Shown piece after piece: positions 11,804-21,526 of a DNA stretch of 31,303 nucleotides. This stretch comes from Hydrurus foetidus (Eukaryota). The stretch spans positions 62,001-93,303 of the forward strand of contig UYFQ01000759.1 in NCBI GenBank assembly GCA_900617105.1, in the 5' to 3' direction. The translations under genes and the position numbers were made by a program. The notes under the pieces are model-generated. The model made no database searches, had not been told where the DNA came from, and worked only from the letters and a program-made list of their open reading frames with translations. The number at the start of each line of letters is the position of its first letter. Positions within the stretch are counted from its first letter, which is position 1.

Positions 11804-14800
11804 TTACCTTTTTCTCCCAGGGGCTGGTGCGAGGGAGTCAATTATAAATAATCAGTCGGATGGCATTGACGAGGTACAACAGCGTCTGTGGAGTCTTAAC
11901 AGTGTGTCAGAATTGATCTGCGACCATCCATTGACCAGGAAGAGCTCTTAACGCCACTGGAGTCGCATGCATAGTCGAATCAACTAATCGTAATTCAGTC
12001 ATCACTTCCTGACTTCGAAGTTCATTACAATCATTTACATCTCGTGACTCGCTGAAATAGTCTCAAGATAGCAATCTCCTTCACTCTTCACTCGGCCATC
12101 TATCATGTGTCTAATCTGTCACGGAATACTGCGCCCCTTGACTTATCACTTCTCCATCTGTCATGTGTCACCCACTTCATATCTCAGCAGTTACCACTTG
12201 GCTATCAGACATATGTCATGTTTCTCCCACTTCATTCATCTCATCATCCGTCATTCTTCATCTGTAAATCGTTATTCCTTTAGGTGCCCAAACCCGTCAT
12301 CGCGTCAACTTTCGGACAAGCTAGAGCAGAGATGCCTTCCTTGCTTGCAGGTAAAAGAGTTATTAACATCATTCCATGATGACCCGTATATCATAGGTTG
12401 GATAAGGAAGGGGAGACAAAGTAATGGGTATGCGACAAGACGTGATGTGGTGCGACATTGACGACGTAAATCTTCCCTAGCAGCTGGGAGTGGATACAGG
12501 AGTAGGTATTAGTGATGACGTCATAGGTTGAACAGTCACCGAAATTTTTGTGATGGCATGAGGGACGTTATGGAGGATGAGAGAGGGGGAGATTTAGAGT
12601 TAGGGTAAGGGATGGAGTAAGTGTGTGGAAAAGAGAGGGAAAGAGAGAAAAAGGAGTTAGTGGTCTATGAATTCCACGTCAAAAATGTGCATTGTCACAT
12701 GTAGGACAACAGACAAATAATGTCGAACCACAGCCATGTGTCCGTGTGGCAAGCTCTTTAAGTCCAGAGAGTAATGCTGTGATGTGTACCAAATCTCCCT
12801 TTAGCTACTTTAGTAGATGATAGAAGCCATATGTGATCATATGATGACCTGCCAATAGTTGAGTCGCTGGGCTACTTTGATTTTGCCGGAACTATTGTAG
12901 TGCACTCCTACAGATCTTTAGAGGGCATAAGAATTGAAATGAACGCGATATCTTTGAAGCATTGGCATGAAGTCATATATTTAGTTGTGTGGTGCGTTTC
13001 TCAACTCATTCGATATGAAGTTTAATGGACGTTAGATACAATTGTGTGTGTCATGTGTAAACATGACACACAAAGTGCAGTAAAGTGCAGTAAAGTTCAT
13101 CGATCATGCGATTATTGGATCAGGGGGGCAGAAGAACTGAGAGGAGCAGTGGGAAGGGTTGCGGACGAGTAGAAGAAACACGTAGCCCTGAATGTGTCGT
13201 CACTTCACGTACCTCATTGCCATTCTTCAACTCTCATCCCATCACTCTCCTCTCCTCTCCCTCATTTCTCCCCCCACCTCCATCCTCAATCTCCACTCAC
13301 GCTACTTTTACTCTCGCCCCTCATGCATTCATTTCCGCTCACTCTCATATCACACTTCTCCTTTCTCACTCGTCTCACATCTCCCTCCCCCTCCGCTCAC
13401 CCTCCCCTCCACTCAGGCGTGCGTGTGTCAGAGCGTGCATCTAACTTCGGAGGAGGGGGCGATCGAGGGAGCGTGAATTTAGGGTCGAACAGAGGATCGG
13501 TAAGCTCAGCAAATCACTGCGGAAAACATTTTACTGCACACTAGATTCAATCGAACTAGATCAAATAGGAGAGTAAACGATGTGAAAAGAGAATCCGCGA
13601 TATGATGATCAACACGATGTGGAAGTCAGTGGTGTTTAGATCCAAATACACCGAAATAAAATGACTCCTGTCATGTATTATCTCATTCGTATCTTCTCCT
13701 GTCTTTCATATCTCAACTTACTAAGACCCATTATTGATCAGCCCTTTGCCTTGCACCTTCTAATTCACTCCTCATCACTCGCAGGTCAACATTTCGAAAT
13801 GCCTTGCATGCGAGAAGACGGTGTTCTTAGCGGAGGAGACGAGAGCTGCCGGCCAGCTTTGGCACAAGAGTTGGTGAGGCCATAATATGTTAAATCAGAT
13901 GTTGCTTGTCGTTCTTTTTACTACTCAATATCTATTCCTCCACTTTATCCGTTGCTCTCTGGTCTTCCTTTTTACATACGAAACTAAGCTATCCTAAATC
14001 ACTCTTTTCCCTTTGTCTTCTTTCCTCTTTGTGCATCCCGCATACTCACTCAGTCTCTCTTATTTTATCCTTTCTTACTCTCTGCATAACCCACATAATC
14101 ACTCCAACTCTCTGACATCCCCCTTTTTGTTCTTGGTGCTCCCACGTACTCGCCCTATCTCTCTCTAACTATCTCTTCACTTTTCACTATTCAGTTTCAC
14201 GTGTGGTGCAGCGAGTGAGAGCAAGTCTGGGTGTCACAGAGTGCTCACTAAGGACAACTTCCTACAGCTCAAGGGAGTACCATTCTGCAAGGTACGTACT
14301 TCGTCCGTCCTCTTCTCTCCTGTCTTGTTCAGCTGACCCCTGTCTTTTTCTTCTTCCCTTTATTTTAACCTCTCCATTTCCTCCTGTTCTTTTCTTTGAT
14401 CCCCCCACCCCACCATTCTTTCATCCCCCTCTTTATCCCCTTGCGTTCTTCAATCTCGATCACTCTTCTCTCCTGTTTGCCTTCCTTTTTTTCTCTTTCA
14501 GGCCTGCTACCCCATATACTCGAAAGATGCTAACTTCCGTGGCATCCCCGATACGAAGAACTACAAGCAATGGAAAGCACTGCCCGTCAACTCTCCGCTC
14601 AAAGCTCTGTTCAATGGAGATACGGAGAAGAGAGAAGAAGAGTCTGCCGAAGATTTCAACAACTATGGCGGTGCGTACGTACTCGAGTGGATGTACACAT
14701 GTTTACTTAGTGATGTGTGCTGGATTTATTGATGCGTGTTGCATTCAACGCACTAAATTGCACGTACTCCTGCAGATGTGTCCATGCGTACGTTCTCACG

Positions 14801-17800
14801 TACTAGCACTCATGTGTAGGTGATGACGCGTCTGTACTTACGCATACGTTACATCAGTATGTTTTCAGGCGCACCTGTCCATCTGCACATACTCATGTGT
14901 GCGAACTGATGTGGTCAAGGAGTTCTGTTCACGAGAATATCAATAGTTACCATAGCAAAATATCCGCATTACCACCGCTGTACTTGCCGTGCCTCCTATA
15001 ATCCTTCCCCTTCTTATATCTCTATTTTTTGTTTTTTAATCACATTAATTTCTTTTACATTATCACCTCTTCCCGCCCCCTCCCACCCTCCTTTTCTTCT
15101 TCATCACTCACGCTCCCTCCCTCTCTCCCTTCCCCCCCCTTTTTTCGCTATCTCTCATCCACCACTCTCCACCCTTTACTCACTACTTCCTCCCCTCCCT
15201 CCTTCACTTTTTAGAGGAAGAAGTGGCGATGAATCCTGACGAGCAGATCCAGATCCAGCTTGAGAGAGAACTAGAACTCATGGAAGGTAACTTCACATCT
15301 GCCTGCTTCACATCTCTTTACTCGTTCTATTACAAGTGCTGTGTCAATATGACTACGAGATTATTTATAACTATGATCTATCTTACTTTTCCTCCTCCTT
15401 TTTTCTTCTTCCCCTATCTCTGCCCCCTTCCGCCGCCCTATTCTTCTTCCTCTATTTCTCCTCCTCGTCTCCTCTCCTCTCCCCTCTCTCCTTCCTCCTC
15501 ATTTTTTCTCCGCTTCACTTCCTCCTCTTCAGGCATGCCCGCTGTTGCCAAGCACCACGAGAGCGACGATGACGACAAGGAAGACGACGTCATCACAAAG
15601 GTAAATCAACTGGACTTTATTTTATTTCTACTTGAATTTAGGAATAGCTCAAGAGTGCTTGCACTTTCTTTCTTGCTCCTCACTCTTCGTTCAGAATTTC
15701 TACCTCCTTTATTCTCTCCCAATGTATCCAATCCACCGTATTACATTTTTTCTGCCAAAACCTTTCTTCTATGCACTGTACTAACTCCTTTTCATTCTCT
15801 TCCTTCCTGTACACGTTTCTTACCTCCACTCTTCTCCTCAATCCTCTCCTTTTTATCTTTTTCTTTCTCTTCCTCTCACTCTCCTCCTCACTACACCTCA
15901 CACTCCTCCCTTAGGTGCAAGGAGGTGTGGCTGAATGGGACTACGAAGGAGACAGGGACGATGAGAGAACCCTTCAGGACGACCCACCAGCACAGCCATT
16001 CGGTGTCGCGAGTAAGAAGAACGGACGCCAAGTACTTACAAAGGTACAATGCGGCAGATTCATTCCGTTGTTTTACTCTTTTACTCCCATGAATTTTCCT
16101 CACGATGCACTGACTGAGTTGGTTATGTCGTGCCAAGTCGTGTCATATCATACATCACGAAACATTACATCACTCCTCAATACCTTACATCACCCCTCAC
16201 CACTATCCCCCATCATCGATCTCCCCTCCCTCCTTCACGGTTCAAACACTGCCTTGGAATTCGTTCCCATCTGCCACTTCACGGACTTTCTTTTCTTACC
16301 TTTTCCCTTTCTGATCTTCCTTTTCTTTTCCTCCTTTCCTTCCTCTCCACCTATTCCCCCCTTTTCTGGACATTCTTCTTTCTTGCCTTTCCATTCTTCC
16401 TTTACTTGCCTCTCCCTCAACTATTCCCCTACCCCATTCCTGCTCCTGCAGTCTTTCCCTTTCGTTCTTACCGACCTCTCCCATCTTTCACTCTCGCAAC
16501 TCACAAAGCTCTCAATCTCACTTCTTCTCACGCTCTTCTCTCCATCCTTCTCACTCAACCACTCCACACCTCACTCTATCACAGGGTTACGTGCATCATG
16601 TTGTGGAGCAGAAGAGAAGTCTCATGCCCAACTACTCGAACAACACCAAGAGGTCCTGGGTAGCGGTCGATCTCGGCAAGGGGCGTAGACTGATGCCCAC
16701 GAGATACTGCATCAGGTACGCTAGAGGACTGCAGAGAGATATGGCTGATTTGATATAGTGCTACAGTTGATTGTTAGTGATTGCTGCTTATTACTTCATG
16801 TGCTATGAAAGGCATGATTTTTTTTATCATATTGACGACGACGTTGAGTTATGCAGAACGGCAGAATGTTCGTCACAACTCATATAGTCAGAATGCACAA
16901 ACAGAGAGATATCTGACATATCATACTCCTTACATCTGACCAACCATTTCTCATCTCTGCATAGACACGGTGCATCAGGCAAGGGTAACGCACTTCGTAA
17001 CTGGGAGCTGAGAGCGAGAGAGGTAACTGACTGACTGACTCATCAAGTTCTTCTGGTTGATTCTCGTGACATGCACAATAACTGCTCAGTTTTCAAGGCA
17101 ATCCTAGCGGCTGTATTGATGCACCTACACCACATCGCATGGCATGGCACGGCATGGAATCGCATGGCATATTATGGCATTTGAATGCTATCATCATCAC
17201 TTCAATGAATCCCTATCGCCATATCAAATAAAAACATCGTCTCTATATCATCCTTTACATGCTCCTTCCCACACCCTAATCACCTCCACCTTTCACGCTG
17301 TGTTTCTTTCGCTTCTTTCTTAACATTCACATGAACAGAGAGACACGGACGGATGGACAGTGTTGCGTGCGCACTACAATGACGATGCCATTTCCGAACT
17401 GCCTTACTCTGCTGCTGCCTGGAAACTCAGACCACCAAAAGGTAAGAACGTGTAACTGCTTCATACTGACTTAATTGCCCTTCTGTGCAATGTCATAGCA
17501 TAGCATGGTATGTCTGTACTGTACTGTACGTTGCGTTCACAAACACAAAGAGCCGCATTCACAGCCAGAAATACCCACTAACAACATTGAAACCTTGATC
17601 AAAACCGTTTTGCCGCGAAGAGACAGCATCTTTGTCTGCATCAATCCACCCTCTTTGCCAACCCTCCCTTCCACTCTCCTCCTCCCGCGCTACTACAAAC
17701 TACTCAACAACACCCCAACTCCCCACATCTTCCCCCGCACTCTCTCGTCCCCTCCCTCATCCTCTCCTCCCACTCTCCTTCCATCACCCTCCCTTTGCAC

Positions 17801-18269
17801 TCAGTGATTGATGACAACACGGACGGCATTGAGAGAGCTTGGCCGGACAGTGACGGGTTCCGGTATTTCCTCATCCTGCAAATGGGGCTCAACTCAAGCA
17901 ACAACGACTGCTTCTTCATTGGTAAGTACTTGTGTTGATTGATGTAACGCTCACTGACTCACACTGATATTGCATGCGTCATTGAATCACAGGAATATAA
18001 CGCATACGCACTTCCTAATTCACTATGCTTTACTTGACTCCATTTCACTTAACTCTACTTTTTGCTTTGTTTTACTTTACTTCTCCAAACTTCACATTAC
18101 TTTGCCGTGTTGACACACCACACCAAAATAAGTCACCATTGCTAATTATCTATCTCAGCATTCTACCTTATTGACTCTGCACAATTTAACGCAACTATTA
18201 TATTCTGCGTCAATAGGCGGCATGGAGCTGTACGGAACTTTGACAGAAGAAGAAGGACTAGACGAGTGA
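10837..18269 (+). CDS. 526-aa protein with two LIM domains and a C-terminal galactose-binding-like (F5/8C / HECTD1-type) domain; 16 exons
   Basis: Exons 10837-11011, 11395-11511, 11821-11873, 12284-12350, 13417-13499, 13785-13873, 14195-14291, 14502-14670, 15215-15286, 15533-15600, 15915-16043, 16585-16715, 16965-17022, 17339-17441, 17805-17921, 18217-18269. All introns are GT-AG and phase-consistent (1581 nt in total). LIM1 is CPVC..WHQSCFVC..C..YCRMC and LIM2 is CLAC..WHKSCFTC..C..FCKAC. The C-terminus reads SWVAVDLG..YCIRHG..ALRNWEL..WTVLRAHYND..FRYFLILQMGLNSS..IGGMELYG. Confidence 0.88.
11750..11804. repeat. (TTTC)n microsatellite forming the polypyrimidine tract of intron 2
   Basis: Direct reading. 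Confidence 0.9.
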
Positions 18270-19758
18270 GAAAGAGAGTGAGAAGTAAAGAGAGAGACAG
18301 GGAGAGGAGTAGGCAGGGGGTTCCTGGGTCTCGGTCAGACTAGTGTAGAGGGACTGGGAAGGGAGAGGAAGGGCTGTCAGTGGACTGATGGTCATATCAG
18401 GACAGTGCGGTGTGGGGCCGTCGAGGGGGTACGAGTGAAAGATCGAGTAGGAGAATGGTGTCCCGAGATGTGATGAGATGAGATGCGATGTAGACGTTTC
18501 GTCCATTGATGGGATGAATTGAAAAGGAAAGGAAAGGAGTGATATGGAGTATAAGACTGGATAAAAAGGCAGAGAATGTGAATGACTTACGACAGTGATC
18601 AATGGGGACTGATGCGCGTACCATAGAGAGTATTAGTATACACCAGCTTAAATAAGGTACAGCAGATAATGATTGATGCAAGAACATTTGACAGGTTATT
18701 TTTCATTTATGCAAGGAGGAAACACAGTTGATATGATAAAAAGTATAATGAAGTAGAAGTGAAAACACAATATTGCATAAAATAAAATAGCATGATGCGT
18801 GGTAAGTTGGTTGTATTGAAAGTTAAGGAAGAGAATCAGGGGAAGATTAAGGAACGTCATACCGTATTCACTATTAAAACTAATTTTAGTAAGGTACGAG
18901 CGATATATGAATTAGAAGCGTTACGACATGATATAAAGGACCGACAGACAGTACAGGATGACACGTTTTGAGATGAATGGGATGGGTTGCGTATAGCAGA
19001 GCACGTGCATGCGTACACTGTCTGTACTACCACACACTACAGTACATACTACATTGTAAAGAAAGCAAGACAGCAAAAACACATGAAAACGACTCACACC
19101 CTTCCCTGCCGCTCTAATGAGCCCCCCCCCCTCCCCCAACGCACACACACCTGCACACTACATTTAGCAGGGAAATCGGTTTAACATAAATTTAACATAG
19201 TTCTATATTGTATGTCCGTCTTTTTTTCACCTTAGCTTAAGTTCGTTAATGTAATTTACCACATCAACGCACACAGACACATACTAAATTAAATTGAACT
19301 TCCTTTTTGTTTTGCGGACTGTCCCGAAGCGCTGTACCTTATTTTGTTCCAACAGAGTTGTTTTTTTCAATTTACTTAACGGAAAATACTGGCAGTTTTT
19401 GAATTTTCATTTTTTCAAATTTTGTTACACCACTGAAAACGGAAGAGATTGCAAAACGAGCATTGCGATATTGTCACTCAGCTTTTGAATCTCCTCTAAA
19501 TTGCGTCATATATTGACCAGAAATAATGAGGACACGCAGAACAAAGATGTATACGGAACTCTCACAGTGTGAGAACTGTACCATAAGATGACATGTTACA
19601 GATGTCTCATGATAACTTAATTCATACTACCGGTAATTGAAGCCGCATTCTATAAAATATTTGCTGCGAATTTGCTCGATTAATAACGAAAAATATCGAT
19701 GCATGAGGGTAAGTTGTAATTGTAACAACAACAGATAATGTGATGATGTACAGTATTA

Positions 19759-19972
19759 CCGTAGCATAATAAAATGTCCGCTTTTCATGCCCAAAATCCA
19801 ACTCAAACGTGTGTGAGGCATGGACAAAAACTGACCCCACAACATACTAAAAATTAAAAAGAGGAAGGTTCCCCAGATTTTTTGCTTTTTTAGTATGGTG
19901 TGGGGTGGTTTGGACGTGACATGAGGTGTTCTAGTTTTGGGCACGAAAAGCGGACATTTTATTCTGCTACTG
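19759..19972. mobile_element. Tc1/mariner-pogo-type MITE, 214 bp
   Basis: Imperfect ~38-bp TIRs C(C/A)GTAGCA(T/G)AATAAAATGTCCGCTTTTC(A/G)TGCCCAAAA, with TA on both flanks and further internal inverted similarity. Confidence 0.85.
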
Positions 19973-19987
19973 TACGGTAATATAATA

Positions 19988-20361
19988 CAGTCGGAAGGTC
20001 CTGAAGTCGATAAAAGTCCCACGAGAAAAAAAAAGTTAGTATAGGTGAAACCGGATGAAATCTCGGGGAAACCAGAAAAATACACTGCTAGCCCACAGTT
20101 CAACTGTACTATTTGTACGTTCTAACTGGCACGTCTTGATTTTTACCATACTAATCCCACGAGATTCGCCACCACTCAAATTTGACCTCTATTAACTCTC
20201 GCTGGAAGATGAAAGAAACAATTTTCACCACATAATTTTTTTCCTTTAGCTGAGACGAACAGATGCATGTGGTCAGAAATCTTTTTTTTCACAATGCAAA
20301 ACGTTCAATAGAGATCGCAATTCCCACATATTAAATTGTCGTCTACACGACCTTCCGACTG
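19988..20361. mobile_element. pogo/Tigger-type MITE, 374 bp
   Basis: TIR CAGTCGGAAGGTC is perfect for 13 bp and matches 22/26 when extended; TA at 19986-19987 and 20362-20363. Confidence 0.85.
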
Positions 20362-20385
20362 TACAGCATTATACGGTCAATACGT

Positions 20386-20402
20386 TACAGTACCGTACTG
20401 TA
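20386..20402. other. Probable stacked Tc1/mariner excision footprints TA-CAG-TA-CCG-TA-CTG-TA
   Basis: Each unit is TA, the terminal 3 nt of the local MITE TIRs, then TA. Single units also occur at 19749-19755 and 19973-19979. Confidence 0.55.
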
Positions 20403-20439
20403 AAAAATGCACCGTTTTACCGTTTTTCGCCATTGATGG

Positions 20440-20472
20440 CCCAAACCCCAAACCCCAAACCCCAAACCCAAA
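20440..20472. repeat. (CCCCAAA)n telomere-like tract
   Basis: Direct reading, about 4.5 units. Confidence 0.85.
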
Positions 20473-21526
20473 TAGTAATTTCGTACAGAGACCATAAAAC
20501 CGAGATGTTTTTCGTACCGAGGGCGAAGCCCGAGAGGTTCGAAATACTCCGAGTGTACGAACGTTACTTTTTATTCCCATGGGTTCATGAAGACCCGTTT
20601 CGGTCCTGCGGGTCGAAAAGGAATCCTTTTCGTACCCGCGCTTGAAAACGGTGAAATCTGGCCGGAAGCTCATGACCGGAAAAGGGTCTTTATGAAGTTC
20701 CCGGGGATGCCGAAGACCGTACTGGGAGAACGGTTTTGGGGAGACATCAATGTGAGGGGTGGGGTGATTGCGGTTAACGCTTTAGCGGGAGTTGGGAAGT
20801 GGTGGTTCAGATTTGGGTTGGAATGGGAAAAGGAGAATGTAAAGGAAAAGGAAGGATGAAAATGAAGAATGGCATGAAACGTTGTGGAGAGGGTAACGGA
20901 AGCCGGAAGGGAGAGAGAGGCGGGGCAGTGAGCTCAATAGGATGCGAGGTCGAGAGATAGTCGAATTGAGATTTCGAGTCTCCTTTGTGCTTGCTAGTTC
21001 GGACCGTTGAAATAAACGGTGACTTATCGAGTTAGTCTTGCTTTTGATATTTTTTGTTTCCTCCCACCCACCCTGCAAGTTTTTAGGTTTCATTTCATTT
21101 CATAGTTTGATATGTTTAGGGATGTATCTGAGTGTAGCTATATGTTTGATGTCCAATTACGTAATGGGGTCGCCGGTAGTTGCCGGGGTAATCGGGGATC
21201 GGACGACGGGACAGACAAATAGTGCGAGCTCACGATGAGTTTGAATGCGAACTCTGTCGCACTTGACGGTTCCCTAGTGGACTTCGAACAGGCTCAATCG
21301 TGGCTACATATCGGGTCAAAATAATACTATAAATATAACGTCGAATCGTGCTAATGCGACAGTCGTATTCTACTGTTCAGATGGAAGATAAGAGGGAAGG
21401 TTAATCCCTCTAGTAATAAATGGGAAACAAAAAATAAGAGAACAAAATAAGAATAAAAAGATTGTCCTTACAAGGACTTATGAGGGAGCAAACGAACGGT
21501 CGTACAAAAATGAACCCTGAGGGATA
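20473..21526. mobile_element. Small hairpin-rich element (about 240 bp once reconstructed) whose right inverted arm is interrupted by two insertions
   Basis: Left arm 20568-20608 is the imperfect reverse complement of the rejoined right arm 20671-20696 + 21515-21526 + 24087-24091. Internal hairpins at 20521-20531 (GGGC-GAA-GCCC) and 20608-20639. Outer boundary uncertain. Confidence 0.6.
20694..21514. mobile_element. 818-bp non-coding insertion bounded by (AT)GAA direct repeats
   Basis: ATGAA at 20692-20696 and 21510-21514. Removing it restores AAAAGGGTCTTTATGAACCCTGAGGGATA, the same motif restored by removing the 5490-10484 element. No TIRs and no credible ORF. Confidence 0.7.

Noticed and set aside
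13044..13073. Intronic hairpin TGTGTGTCATGT-GTAA-ACATGACACACA
   Set aside because: Short, built from TG/CA repeats and isolated.
13106..17807. Long Ser/Pro/Leu/Phe-rich plus-strand ORFs such as 15223-16092 and 15915-16688
   Set aside because: Read-through of CT-rich introns of the LIM gene; only the short exons are coding.
19552..19580. TCTCACA-G-TGTGAGA palindrome between TA-CGG and CTG-TA
   Set aside because: Could be a collapsed MITE but is too short to support.
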